Positions 50,977 to 64,000 of a DNA stretch of 64,000 bases are shown here, piece after piece. The notes beneath the pieces were generated by a model. The model was given only the letters and a program-made list of their open reading frames with translations, did no database searches and was not told the origin of the DNA. Both the position numbers and the translations under genes were made by a program. The DNA comes from Mobula birostris (taxonomy: Eukaryota), in NCBI RefSeq assembly GCF_030028105.1, contig NC_092388.1, positions 45,080,581 to 45,144,580 of the forward strand, in the 5' to 3' direction. How positions within the stretch are numbered: the first letter of the stretch is position 1; each line of letters begins with the position of its first letter.

Positions 50977-52167
50977 CTGTTGTAGAGAGGTAGTTAAATT
51001 TTTGAAATATCAGAGAACTGAGGGTTATGGTGAACTGGAATAGAAAAGGCTTTTAAGGGTTTTGTGCTGCTCAGCCATTATATTAACTGACAGGGCAAAC
51101 TTGAGAGGCCAAGCAGCTCATTCCTACTCCTATTTTCTTGTGAATATTCCCTTTATTCTTTCCACCCCTTCTCTGCAAGTTAAAATATCTGGTTTTCCAG
51201 TTTTGTCTAGTTCTGACAAAAGATCATTGAGCTGAAGTATTAACTTAGTTCTTCTTTCCACCAATGCTTTCTAATCTCTTAAATAGTTTGTTTCTGTTTT
51301 ATTAAAAGATAATTCAGGTTAGACTTCCAAAGTTAGTGTAGCCTGAGTCCGTTTTGATAACAAGTGCTTTAATTGCTCTTTAACATTGCAGAACTTCCCA
51401 CCAGTTCCTAATTCCTGACCTGCTTAACAGAGTTTATCTCATAGATATCTAAACTTCAACGATCAAGCATTGGCCACATGGTTCTCCAACCTCATATTTT
51501 ACAGATTATGTTCTTAAGAGTTTTATGAATGCTGTTCTTAACTTGCCTTTCCAGATCAAAGGTTCAAAGGTTGAATTTAATGTCAGAGAAACACATACAA
51601 TATACATCCTGAAATGCTTTTTCTTCATAAAACATCAATGGAAAATGTATACTAGAACAGATTTAAATGTGGTCTTGTCTCCAGGTCTCCTGAGAAAAGA
51701 CAATAGGAAGCCAGTAAATCAGAAAATGATGGGAAAAAAACTCAGCAGATAAGGCAGTATTTGTAGGAAAAAAATGGCTAATCATTAGTCCAGAATTCAT
51801 TTTCCTTAATACAGTAGTGGTTGCGTATCAAATGTATTTCATTGGTTCGCGGCATTTTAAGATATTCTGAGGTATTGTGAAATATAACAAGATGGTACCA
51901 ACGAACAATGGCGACATATTCCGGATAGTCCACGAAACCATTTATTTCAATGCTTTTACGTCTTCTTTTTATCTTAAATATGTTTCTGGATTTGTTAGAG
52001 CCTGCATACAGTTTGGAGATTGATTGATCTAGAGCTTTGCTGTCTCTGCGAAAATTCCAAGAAGGTAGGGCGAGGGGCTTTGAGGCGAAGGAGCTTGGCA
52101 ACGGGGTTGAAGCCCATGATATATAAATACATTTTTTATTTATCTCTCACTCCTTCCCTCTCCATCC

Positions 52168-52168
52168 T

Positions 52169-52196
<28 letters not shown>
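52168..52196. repeat. Poly-C tract inside an interspersed repeat (about 51900-52635)
   Basis: Direct inspection; the surrounding repeat tail resembles 920-1220 and 63800-64000. Confidence 0.8.
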
Positions 52197-52199
<3 letters not shown>

Positions 52200-52634
52200 T
52201 AGAGTTGGTTACTGAAATTCTTGGATTGGACTCTTTCAGTTTTGTTTTATATACTTTATGTTTTTGGTCATTCTTTCTTGCTGCAGTTTGGCATGTTGTG
52301 TTAGTTTTATTGTGCGGGGGGGGGGGTTGGGATTTGATGCCCTCATTGCCATTTGTGCAATTTTTTTGCCTGTGGGGATTATTGATGATCATGTTACCAT
52401 TTGGCACAATTTGTTAGTTTTGTGTGCCGGTTTGGGATTTGACATTCTTGTTTGCATGATTTGTTTTTTATGTGTTTGGGGCGGGGGTTATGTTGATGTT
52501 TGTGTTTTTTTTCTGTGCCAGTGGTGTGTTGACATTTTTCTTTGAACGACGTCCATAGTTTTCTTGGCTATCTGGAGAAGATGAATTTCAATTGTATACT
52601 GCATTCATATTTTGATAATAAATGAATCTTTAAA

Positions 52635-53320
52635 CTTAGGAAACGGTAAGATGAGGGAACCCACACTAGTCCTCATAGCGGGATCAGGTTTGGAAAGTAT
52701 GAGCAATTTCAAGTTCCTGGGTGTCAGTATCTCTGAGGATCTATCCTTGACCCAACATATTGACACAGCTGCAAAAAAGACACAACAGCAGCTATATTTC
52801 ATTAGGAGTTTGAGGTGATTTGGTATGTCACCAAATCTCTACATCAAATGGCTGCATCACCACCTGGTATGGGGCTGGTGGTGGGCTACTGCATAGGATC
52901 AAAGTGAATTACAGAGAGTTGTAAACTTAGTCAGCTCCATCATGGGCACTAGCCTCCATAGTATTCAGAATGCTTTTAAGGAGTGATGCCTCAAAAAGGC
53001 AGCATTCATCCTTAAGGACCCCCATCACCCAGGACGTGCCCTCTTTTTATTGCTACCATCAGGAAAGAGGTACTGAAGCCTGAAGGCACCCACTCAACAA
53101 TTCAGGAATGGCTTCTTCCCCTCTGCTATTTGATTTCTGAATGGGCATTGAACCTATGAATACTACCTCACTACGTTTTTTATTTCTATTTTGCACTATT
53201 TAACTATTTAATATATATACCTACTGTAATTCACATTTTTTTTATTATGTATTGCATTGTACTGTTGCAACAAAGAGGACATTTCACAACATATGCCAGT
53301 GATATTAAACCTGATTCTGA
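52635..53320 (+). mobile_element. Rex1/Babar 3' fragment
   Basis: FKFLGVSISEDL, QQLYFIRSL; attaaacctgattctga tail. Confidence 0.88.
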
Positions 53321-53438
53321 TCCCAAAAGGTGCTGTTGGGTAGTTATGTAAGTCTTATTGGTTGTAATGAATAAATAGCCTTTATTGCTGTGTCAGTGAG
53401 TTCTAATTTGTTTGCTTTTTCTACTTCTCTGCTTCCAG

Positions 53439-53626
53439 CTCCTGCGTTGGCAATACAGGTTCCAGTGGCCTTCCCTCAATTTGACCCTGATGCCTATGAG
53501 AATGACCAGGGTGACAACTCTGGCTTCTTGGATAGTATCTTCTTGATGGCAGCACCAAAGAAGCGACGCACTATTGAGGTTAACCGCTGCAGGAGAAGGA
53601 ATGTTCAGAAACTAGAGAAAGTTAAG
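53439..53626 (+). CDS. MRPL32: MRPL32 coding exon 2 (APALAIQ...[33 protein letters not shown])
   Basis: Polypyrimidine tract plus ccag acceptor; AAG|gtac donor; inside ORF 53390..53644. Confidence 0.95.
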
Positions 53627-54556
53627 GTACTTGTAAATAAATAAATAAGCAACAATATGATTTTTACAACAGCGATCAAGAGTATATCCGGGAATTGTGT
53701 CCCCCTTTTCTATTCCTAACACCCCAAGTCCTGACAAATCTTCCAACATACCTATTTGTTGCCAGTGATTTTTTAAGTGTCTATGCTCCGGGGCAGCAGA
53801 GCATGGAAGGAAATTGTGCTCTGAAAGATTCTTTCCATTGCGTCCCGATGTCCTGTTCTTTAACCATAACCTTGTATTTTTTTTTTCTTTTCAAGAGAAT
53901 TTCCTTTCTGAAGGCTACAGTTGAAATTGATTCAACTGCCATTTTAGGCAGTGAGTTCCAGGAAATCATTATAAGACCAGAAGTAACCTCCAAGGTTAGG
54001 TCAATTTTGGGGAATGAAAGGAGCATTTTGTATCTGAGTTTTATTGGATGATACAGTATCTTTAAAGTGAGCACCCTCTTTATCCTGTTTTATTCTTTTG
54101 TGCTTGCTGCCCCCACTATCCCTAAAACTTGTTTGTCTGTCCCTGCTTTTTCCCAGTCACCATAACCAGTAACCCATTTATGATTAAAATGAAGTTTTAC
54201 TTTCTGCCAAAAGTTTCATACATGTAAGTTAATGCTCTGTGTTCTGAATGCTTGTGAGTAACTTACTGTCAGAACTGAGCATGAAAATAACTTTCTGGAT
54301 CACCTCAAAGTGACCAGAGGCTCTAGACTGACTGAGCATAACTGAAGCAAACTCCAAACTGTCATTATTTTAGCTTTAGTTAGACTGGGTGGCAAGTGGA
54401 AGGCATCCTTACTGGAGCTGTACACTTGTATCAATTAACTCTTAAGTATCAGTAACTAATATAAAATGTGTGACAATGTTTTAATTTTAAGATTAATAGA
54501 TGCAGCAATTCTGTTTAGTTTTATTTATCTTACTTGGTATTTTTTTTCTATTTCAG

Positions 54557-54814
54557 AACAACATAGAAGTTTGCCAAGAATGTGGCTACTTGAAACTGAA
54601 GCACCAGCTATGTGCCTTCTGCTACAAAAGGGTTGCGCATGAAACAGCCCTTGTACGTGCACAGATTAAGGTGCAGGAAGGAAGGCCACTTAACACACCT
54701 GCAGTAGAGACAGTTGTGCTTTACCAGGGGGAGAAAGCAACAGAGGCTGACAACGGGAAGAGGATCATTGAAAGAAACCGAAAGCGGCCATCATGGTTTA
54801 CAGTAGGGTCATGA
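54557..54814 (+). CDS. MRPL32: MRPL32 coding exon 3 ([22 protein letters not shown]...[13 protein letters not shown])
   Basis: tttcag acceptor; zinc-binding CQEC/CAFC; conserved RKRPSWF C-terminus; TGA stop. Confidence 0.96.
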   Translation, partial: NNIEVCQECGYLKLKHQLCAFCYKRVAHETALVRAQIKVQEGRPLNTPAVETVVLYQGEKATEADNGKRIIERNRKRPSWFTVGS

Positions 54815-54864
54815 GATGGACACTGCATAGGTGAACAACATAGTGTTAAAATATTTTGTTTAAA

Positions 54865-54870
54865 AATAAA
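54865..54870 (+). terminator. Candidate polyadenylation signal AATAAA for MRPL32 (a second at 54977-54982)
   Basis: Canonical hexamers about 50 and 160 nt after the stop codon. Confidence 0.5.
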
Positions 54871-56320
54871 ACATAAGGCAAAGTTAAACTGTGTCACTGA
54901 AATTAGAAGCGAAGAGATTGCTTGTTCACATGGCAAGTTTTGTTTGAGGTACTTGGTCTGATTTAAAGAAACTTGGAATAAATTTTCCTCCACACAAGAG
55001 ACTTTGGATATTTATTTAAAATAATATAATTTCATTTTAATGACTGCAGAGGGTAATTAGTATTTTTTTCTCAGCATTTCACTATTTCACGTGGTGGCTC
55101 TGAAGTAGGCACAAAGGAGACTTCAAAATAAAATCCACATTTTAATATTTAAGACATTTCTCAGTCGGGATTATTTCTGAATAGTTAGGAAAATATATTT
55201 TTTATAATAAAAATTAGGTGTCATGTCTCTGTTCACTCAATCCCTTTGTTAACCATTAATGGCAGAAACTTACTTATTTCTTCCCTTAGAATTTTTTTTT
55301 GCCTGTTAACTTTTTCTCTTACTTTTGTTTAATTTTTTAAAAATTTTGTGAAACATCTTTCAATTAAGTCCTTGGGGCAGCCGCCATTGCTTGTAATGGA
55401 ATCTATGTCCTTATGCCTATTCTGGGGTAGACAGTGAGTTAATAAATTACAAACAAATTTATTTTACTTTTTCGGTTAATCCATTTCCATCCACTTTCAG
55501 TGTCCTTTTATCCCCTTGATCAAGAAATTGTAGATGTGTTGTATTTGACAAATTTGTTCTCTATTTTTTAACAATGCTCTGTAGCAAACTTGAAGATAAA
55601 AATGAAGTGATGTAATTCTGATCAGAATATTCTACCTAATCCTTTCCAGGCTGGTTTGAAGATACACACTTTACAGAAAGTCTTTACTAATCCGTCCCAT
55701 TCAAAATATGACTGTTCTCAAAATGTGAGAAGCTGTTATTCAATGTGATCTCATTTTTCTAGAGAAAAGGGATCAGTTTTTAGTTTGTGACCATCTGCAG
55801 CTGATGACCATTGCTGGTGTGGATGATTCTTGCCCTTGTAATGTTGAGTTCAAGATATCGAAAGGAAGTGGTTCACAGAGGTAAGCTTACCCTCCCATGT
55901 CTTCTCAGTTGTTCAACTGAATTGCTGATTTATTTCCTTGTATATCTTCTCATATTATCAATCTTCATTTTTATCCTCCACCCTTTTAAAAATCGTTCTT
56001 ATGATATGGCTTTTCAATAAAGCACGGAAAAGATGATGAATTGAGGAAAAACTTGGCCTTGAGGCCAGTTGTTGTAAAAGTATTTTGCTTCAATTGCACT
56101 GCAATATGGTCTGACATACTAATTGTTTCAAAATACACAAGTCTGAAAGGTAATTTTACATTTAAGTTATTAAAATTGTCCTTGAAATACTTCCCATTAC
56201 CACAACCATCTACCTTTAGATGCCTCTTTGGGGCATAAATTGAATCTCTTAAGATTTTACATATTTATGGAGTGCTTATCTTCAGTCATCTATAATCTGG
56301 TATGTGGAAATAAGGTAATG

Positions 56321-56911
56321 CAGTGGATTCTGGTTAATTGGGACAGCCACCTATTTGGGACAACTCTTAAAGAATAAAAATTCACCAAGAAAATAGTTGG
56401 GATTCCCTTCATTTATTTGGGAAGCCGCCACTTGATTGGGACAGAAGGCTGTTGCCGAACGGTTTCTAACTGGCATCAGTCGCATGCACTTGCGTGGCCA
56501 TTGGTCAATTTTTAAATAGTTGCATATATTTGTGTTCAAAAAGCAGTGAACTTTGTCGCTGATAGCTGTCAAGTAATAAGCAGTAAGACAATTCAGAAGT
56601 GTTTTCCTCACTGCAGTTTCATGCATTCAGGCTTGGAGATGCCAGAAATGGTCGGGAGTAATCAAAAGGGCACAGTAATGTACATTGGATGAATTCCTCT
56701 GTCAATGACTGTTGGGAACTAATAGTATGGTTAGTATTCTAATCTGTTCTGTATTTCACTTAAAAGCATAATTTATTACTCAGTTAAATGGTAGTTTGCT
56801 TTTTTATACCTTTTTTAACTATTGCCATGAAACTTCGACTAATTGGGGCAGCCACTTAGTTGGGCCAAAAAGTACTGGTCCTGAAGTGTCCAAATTAACC
56901 AGAATCCACTG
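56321..56911. mobile_element. Tigger-like MITE
   Basis: TIR cagtggattctggttaattgggaca / tgtccaaattaaccagaatccactg. Confidence 0.8.
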
Positions 56912-56989
56912 TTTATAAAACATTATGCAATTAAAATCTGTTTTTAAATTTGAAAAGCTGAGCTGGTGTAACTAATCTTCCAATGGCTT

Positions 56990-57917
56990 AACACACACAC
57001 AAAATGTTAGAGAAACTCAGCAGGTCAGGCAGCATCTGTAGGGGGAAATAAACAGTTGACATTCTGGGTCAAGATCCTTCATCGGCCTCTGGAAAGGAAG
57101 GGGACAAAATCCAGAATAAGAAGGTAGGGGAAGGGGGAGGAATACAAGATGGGTGGGTGGGGGAGAGGGGATGATGTGAGAAACTGGGAGATTATATGTG
57201 AAAGAGGTAAAGAAAGGGCTGAAGAAAAATCTGGTAGAAGAGGACAATCAACCATGGAATAAAGGAAAGTTGAAAGAGAATCAGAGAGAGGTGATGGGCA
57301 GGGCATGAGAGTGGAGGAGTAGAAAAGAAGGGGTGAGGGGGGCCACCAGAAATGGCGGTGGAGGGGCAAAACTAAAATGTGGTAGAAATGCTGCCTCACC
57401 TGGAAGGACAGTTTAGGAAGGAGGTGTTGCGCCTGTCAAGGTTGCAGGGATAAGTGCCGGGGGCAGATCTATATGGAGGGACAGGTGAACAAGGGGGTGA
57501 CGTAAAGTGTGGTCCCTGTGGAGAGTGGAAGAGCTGGGGAAAGATGTACCTTGTAGTAGGATCCCAGTGGAGTTGCTGGAAGCTGTGAAATATGATGTGC
57601 TGTATATGGAGGGCCATGTGGGCAAAGGGAGTCCTGTGTCTGTTATGTCAGGGGTTTTACAAGTGACAGGGAAGAGATATATTCAAGAATCAGTGGATTG
57701 GTGGATGATGTGTCTGGAGATGGAAACAGAGAGATTGAGAAAGGGAAGAGAGGTGTCAGAAATGGACCAAGAGCGCAGGTGGAGGCAAAGTTGTTGAAAT
57801 TGGCAAGCTCAGCATTAGTGCGGTAAGCAGCTCCAATGCAGTTATCAATGTAGCAGAGAAAGAATTGGGGAGTGTTACCGTTGTTGCGTTGGAACATGGA
57901 CTGTTCCATGTAGCTCA
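56990..57917 (-). mobile_element. Decayed Penelope-like element (RT fragment to 3' end)
   Basis: FFLCYIDNCIGAA..ELANFNNFAS (YIDD-like motif); PGTYPC; degenerate hammerhead near 57055-57085. Confidence 0.8.
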
Positions 57918-57919
57918 AT

Positions 57920-58325
57920 GTTCAAAATAAATTTATTATCAACGTATGATATGTCACTATATCCCACCCTAGCAACCAAAGCACAAAAGAAGACAAACTG
58001 TGCAAATACAAAAATAAATGAATATATAAATAATACTGAGAACATGAATAGTAGAGTCCTTGAAAATGAGTCTGTAGGTTGTGGAATAATTTCAGACTTG
58101 AGGTGACTGAAGTTAACCATGCTGGTCCAGGAGCCTGATGGTTGTAAGGTAATAAATTCCTGAACCTGGTTGTGTGGGATCCAAGGCTTCTGTATCTCCT
58201 TCCTGATGGCAGCAATGAGAAGAACATGGCCTGGATGGTGGAGATCCTTGATCATGGATATTGCTTTCTTGGGGCAGTGCTCCTTGTAGAGGCGCTCAAT
58301 GGTGGGGAGGGCTTTTCCTGTGATG
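57920..58325 (-). mobile_element. Rex1-like 3' fragment
   Basis: IKDLHHPGH, SLLPSGRRYRSL motifs. Confidence 0.8.
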
Positions 58326-59100
58326 AATAAAACACTGATGGTCGCTGCATATATTGAGCAGATATGAAGGCCGAGATACCGAGTGCTTGATATGACAGTT
58401 CACTAATGTCAGTAGAGCAATTAGCCAATAGGAATAAAGATAAGAAAATTGCCAGATCGTGAAACCTTAATAAAGTAACTGTTCAGGCTTAATTTCGAGT
58501 GGGTAGAGAACAAGATGACAAGTATAAAATACTCCTATCCTTAAACCAGACTGAACGGTCACAATGAGTAATCCATGATTATTCCACTGATTATTTTGAA
58601 GTATCAAGGCTTTGTTATTGTCAGGAGTCAGCTGCAGTGTTCTTATCACAAAGGAATGCGATCTAGGTCTAAAACATTTTTTTTAAAAAAAACATAATAT
58701 AATGCAACTTTGTGATTTTTAGAACACTGGAACCATTATTGTTTATCTTTACTCTTGACAGCAATTATTTTAAACAGCTTCCCCAGCAACACTAAATATG
58801 GCATCACATATAATTTGATGCAAGTGATAATGTAAAATTTTTGATTACACTATTGAGTTAGTGATTCCAATATTTTTTCCATAACTGTTTTAAGCTTTAT
58901 TATGACACTCTAAAATGATACACTAGAAGGAAACTTTCAACATTGGCTGTTGAGATGAGCCAAGAACACATGAATGAAAAGATCTTCATGCATTAGCTGT
59001 GTGTTCGTATTTCTAAATTACTTCAGTGTTTGCACTATTTACTTGTATATTGTAATTTGTGTTTTTATTATGTATTGCAATGTACTGCAGTTGCAAAGCA

Positions 59101-60385
59101 ATGGCGTCCTGTGGCACTCACCTCAATAATAAACAAAAGCTTTGAGAAGCTGGTCAAGGATTACATCTGCAGCATGCTACCACCCAAACTGGACCCCCTA
59201 CAATTTGCCTACCAACACAACCAATTGACAGGTGACGTAATAGCCACTGCTCTACATACTGTCCTTACACATCTGGAGAAGAGGGTTGCTTAGGTGAGAA
59301 TGCTCTTCTTGGACTACAGTTCAGCACTCAACGCCATAATTCCATCCAGGCTCGGCAAGAAGCTCAGAGACTTCGGCCTTGACCCTGCCTTGTGCAGCTG
59401 GACCCTGGACTTCCTGTCAGATCGCCAGCAGGTGGTACAAGTGGGCTCCCACACCTCCACCCCTCTGACTCTCAACACAGGAGCCCCTCAGGGCTGTGTA
59501 CTGAGTCCCCTCCTTTAATCCCTGCATACCCATGACTGTGTTGCCACCCACAGCTCTAATCTGTTAATTAATTTTTCTGACGATACTATACTGATTGGCC
59601 TAATCTCAGACAATAATGAGGGGGCCTACAAGGAAGAAGTCAACTCTCTGACACAGTGGTGTCGAAGGGTTCAACCTCTCCCTCAATGATGCAAAAACAA
59701 AAGAGCTGGTTGTGAATTATAGGAGGAATAGAGATGGACTAACCCCTATTGACATCAGTGTATCTGGGATTGAGAGGGTAAACAGCTTTAAGTTCCTTAG
59801 CATTCATATCACCGAGGACCTCATGTGGTCTGTACACACCAGCTGTGTGGTGAAAAAGACACAACAGCGCCTCTTTCACCTCAGATGGTTGAAAAAGTTT
59901 AGTATGGGCCTCCAAATCCTAAGAACTTTCTACAGGGGCACAATTGAGAGCATCCTGACTGACTGCATCACTGCCTGGTATGGGAACTGTACTTCCCTCA
60001 ATCACAGGACTCTGCAGAGAGTGGTGCGGACAGCCCAGTACATCTGTAGTTGTGAACTTCCCATGATTCAAGACATCTTCTAAGACAGGTGTGAAAAAAG
60101 GGCCCGAAGGATCATTGAGGACCTGAGTCACCCCAACCACAAACTGTTCCAGCTGCTGCCATCCGGGAGACGGTCCAACGGCATAAAAGCCAGGACCAAC
60201 AGGCTCTGGGACAGCTTCTTCCACCAGGCCATCAAACTGATTAATTTGCACTGATTTGCATGTATTGCTATGTTACATTGACTGTTCTATTTATTATAAA
60301 TTACTATGATTGCACATTTAGGAGACAACGTAAAGATTTTTACTCATGTATGTGAAGGATGTAAGAAACAAAGTCAATTCAATTC
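59101..60385 (+). mobile_element. Rex1/Babar LINE, second subfamily
   Basis: [38 protein letters not shown]; (caatt)n tail. Confidence 0.9.
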
Positions 60386-61269
60386 ACAACATATGCTGGT
60401 GAATTTAAATCTGGTTCTGAGTTAAGTTCCATCACACTCTAGCCAGATTTCACATGATGAAGAATCTAAGGTTCTACTAAACATTAATAGTAGTTCATGT
60501 TTAAGCTGCATCAAGCAATTGGCAGAAACTTTAATCAACTACTAAAATATGCAGTTACAAATTAAGTTTAAAATGTCTATTTGATCTAATTGCTCAAAGA
60601 TGCTGTACCAACTGGTGAGTCTAAACTACATAAAATTTTATATAAATTTAAGATTTTTTTTAGTCTTTTGGGTCCTTCCAATGACAAAACATCTTTTGAC
60701 AAGAAATATTTTTGAAATGTACCATTGTAATGGAAACAATTGTGCCAGCCAATTTGTTAATAGCAAGATGTCATAAATAGAAACTTTGCAAATGAACAGA
60801 TTACATTATTGTGCTGATGTTAGTGGATTAAAAAAAAATTGGCAGGTATCCCAGGCAGAACTCTTTCAACACTTTTGGGCAGGATATTTTACATTTATCT
60901 AAGAGAATAGGCAGGACTTGGGTATGATGATTCCATTGAAACATGGTGCCTCTGACAAAATGTCTGTACTTTGCTGAAATGACATTCTAAACTTTGTGCT
61001 CTGGTCTTTGATGAGTAAAGACATTGGGTTTTGTTTAGGGTGAAGCAGACTGTTTACCCCCACTTTACTCCCTGTATACTCATAACTGTGACCAGATTCT
61101 GCTCCATCTCCATCTACAACTTTGCAAATGACACTACCTCTGTAGGCTGAATCTCAAATAACTATGAGTCAGAGTACAGAAGGAGAGACAGAAGCTAATG
61201 ACATGCTATCTTAGAGCAAGTTTTCTCTCAGTGTCAGCAAATCAAAAGAGCTGGTCACTGACTTCGGCC

Positions 61270-61980
61270 CCTGTCTGCCTTTCATAATTTTAAACATTTC
61301 TATAAAGCATCCCTCATTCTCTTACGTTCCAAGGAATAAGGACCCAGCCTGGCTAACCTCTTCCTGTAACTCAGTCACTCTAGTCCTGGAAACATCCTTG
61401 TAAATCTTTTCTGCACTCTTTCCAGTTTAACTGCGTCTTTCCCATAACAAGGTAACCAAAACGGTACACAGTACTCCAAAGTGTGGTCTCAGCAATGACT
61501 TGTGCATCTGCAACATAACGTCACAACTCCTGTACTCAGTGCCTTGACTGATGAAGGCCAGCATGGTAAACACCTTCTTCACCATCCTGTCTACCTGTGA
61601 CACTGTTTTTAATTAACTATGCACTTGTATTTCTAGGTCACTCTGTTCCATTGCACTCCATAGTACCCTGCTATTCATAGTTTAAGTCCTATGCTGGTTT
61701 GATTTTCCAAAATGCATCACCTCACACTTAGCTGTATTGAAATCCATTGGCCACTCCTGGGCCCGCTTTTCAAAATCCCCTTGAAATCTACTATAACCTT
61801 CTTCACTATCAACAATACCTATTTTTGTGTCATCTGCAAACTTACTGATTAAGCTTTGTGCATTCACATCCAAATCATTTACAATAAATAGCAAATAACA
61901 GTAACCAAACCCTGTGACACACCATTAGTCATTGGCCTTCATCCTGAGAAACCACTCTAAGCAACTACCATCCTCTGCGC
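61270..61980 (-). mobile_element. CR1 fragment (preceded by a Rex1 RT scrap at 61040-61268, plus strand)
   Basis: ISKFADDTKIG, FNTAKCEVMHFG. Confidence 0.85.
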
Positions 61981-63337
61981 CAAATAAGACGAGTCAAGAA
62001 AAGTAAGGAAAACATCTAGGATATAATCTTGACCTGTTCTGTGTTTGCTGATTTCAGCTGGAGTGGTTTTAGAGCTACTACAGTTAGCTTTGTATGGTGA
62101 GAGAGGGAGTGTGGATACAAACCAGGGGTTTCGCTGATGGTCACTATTTGCTAATGTGAATGTTTTTAGATTTAAGATAATAACAGTTCTACTGCCAGCC
62201 TCGTGTCCTTCATTCATACATGAAAAATAGTTTGCCAGAACCTATCCACCCTAATCCTGGCTTGGACTATTGACTTAAAAAGAATGAAATCCATGTAAGG
62301 AAAATTAAATTGAGAAATGCTGTTGGCTGCTTCAAAAAATGTTACAAAATTGTGAAAACGTTCAGTGTTGCCTCTGTTTGAAATTTTATGGTAACTCAGA
62401 CAGAAAGTGGAAGAAATTACCGAGAAGTCTACTTTTGAGCCCTGCCTAAATCATGTACCTAGGTGACTCATTGTTCCCAGTAGTTAATCATTATAAACTT
62501 TGAAGATACTGTTATGATTCATACTGATTTACATTCATAAAAGGAAATATAAAGCATAAATGTGGTTATTTTGAATATGTTATATCAATTTGCTATTTGA
62601 TTGAAATTGTATTTTCTCTTGTCATAATATTTCCATGGCCATTCTCAGCAGAGGGAGTGCAGATCTGTCAGTGGCACTGTATTTTAAATGTTAAATCAAA
62701 GTTCATTTTACCCTCGGATGTAAAAGAATGCACCACACAATTGAAAGAAGAGTAGATAAGTCTTATCTGGTATCTTGGCCAACCAACAGTTAAAAAATCA
62801 ATTCAAACATAAAAATGCAGATGCTAGAAATCAGAATCCAAAATAGTAGACTCTGGGAATACTCAGCATTTCAGGCAGCATCCACGGAGAAAGAAACATT
62901 TTGGGTTGACAGCCTTTAATGAGAACTAAGGAAAGTTAGAAATCATGCTGCAGAGGCGTGGAGGGGGGTGGTGAAGAGAATAAAAGGAATGTTTATTACC
63001 ACAGATACTTGTTTAATTTCCCTGATCAATTTGATTATCTGCTCCTATTTGATTGTTGTGTCCAGTAGTTTGATTACTTTGTTTGCTGTCCTTGGCTATA
63101 AAATATCTTGGGACATCCAGAAGCCATGGGGACGGACTGTGTGGGGAAAAAATAATCTTTCTAGTAACATGAACACATGTCAAATGGATCAGATAACATC
63201 TTTACCACGATGAGTTAGTTTCAGAAGCAGCCTGCAAATGTCACCATGATTCACCAGGACCATCTTGGAGGCTTTTGTACCACAGTGGTTAACTTCACTC
63301 ACCCATCACTGAACTTTTCCCACAACCTATGGATTCA

Positions 63338-63792
63338 TAAGAACATAATAAATGGAGCAGGAGTCGGCCATCTGTCCCGTTGAGCCTGCTCTGCCATTCA
63401 ATAAGATCATAGCTGATCTGGCCATGGACTCATCTCCACCTTACCTGCCTTTTCCCCATTACCCTTAATTCCCCTACTATGCAAAAATTCATCCAACCTT
63501 GCCTTAAATATATTTACTGAGGTAGCTTCCACTGCTTCATTGGGCAGAGAATTCCACAGATTCACCGCACTCTGGGAAAAGCAGTTCCTCCTAATCTCTG
63601 TCCTAAATCTATTCCCCTGAATCTTGAGTCTATGTCCCCTAGTTCTAGTCTTGCCTACCAGTGGAAACAACTTTCCTGCCTCTATCTTATCTATCCCTTT
63701 CATAATTTTATATATTTCAGTAAGATCTTCTCTCATTCTGAATTCCGATGAGTACAGTCCCAGGTGACTCAATCTCTCCTCATAGTCTAATT
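63338..63792 (-). mobile_element. CR1 3' end inserted into a Rex1-like tail repeat (63250-64000)
   Basis: ORF 63407..63817: YEERL..TRGHRLK..FSQSAVNLWNSLP. Confidence 0.88.
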
Positions 63793-64000
63793 TACACTTC
63801 CAAGGACTCAATCTCATGTTCTCAATATCGCTTACTTATTTATTATTGTTATTACTATAGCTTCTATTTTTCTCTTTCTGCCGGGTTCATTATTGTTTTG
63901 CCATCGGTCGTCTGTCCTGTTGGGTGCAGTCTTTCATTGATTCTATTGTGTTCCTTGTATTTATTGAGATTGACCGCAAGAAAATGAATCTCGGGGTTGT

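Larger units (their letters stand above)
39275..54814 (+). other. MRPL32: Gene span (start to stop codon) of mitochondrial ribosomal protein L32 (bL32m); 3 coding exons, 176 aa
   Basis: 85+188+258 nt join in frame; [16 protein letters not shown] and CxxC..CxxC motifs; head-to-head with PSMA2 as in other vertebrates. Confidence 0.96.

Noticed and set aside
55000-64000. Exons of the next syntenic gene (HECW1 in mammals)
   Set aside because: No recognisable coding exon or CpG promoter; the region is AT-rich intergenic DNA and repeats.

Overview
This is vertebrate nuclear genomic DNA. The repeat content (CR1, Rex1/Babar, Nimb, RTE, Penelope, V-SINE) points to a cartilaginous fish, probably a ray; that assignment is inferred. 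Two complete intron-containing housekeeping genes sit head-to-head on a 273-bp bidirectional CpG promoter. PSMA2 (proteasome alpha-2) is on the minus strand with 8 coding exons (21284-39001, 234 aa). MRPL32 is on the plus strand with 3 coding exons (39275-54814, 176 aa). All splice sites were read as GT-AG and the frames close exactly. A second CpG-rich promoter-like island at about 13.6-14.45 kb has two minus-strand splice donors. It probably marks the 5' end of a gene running off the left edge, which by mammalian synteny would be C7orf25 (not proven here). The rest is mostly decayed and often nested transposable elements. The most notable items are: a consensus-intact minimal hammerhead ribozyme in a Penelope insertion in PSMA2 intron 5; a Tigger element inserted in inverted orientation into a copy of its own family in PSMA2 intron 4; a palindromic hAT-like MITE carried inside those Tigger copies; and Chapaev3-like and Tigger4/MER46-like elements that are candidates for horizontal transfer. 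I found no convincing novel protein-coding system. Repeat boundaries without a stated TIR or TSD are approximate.
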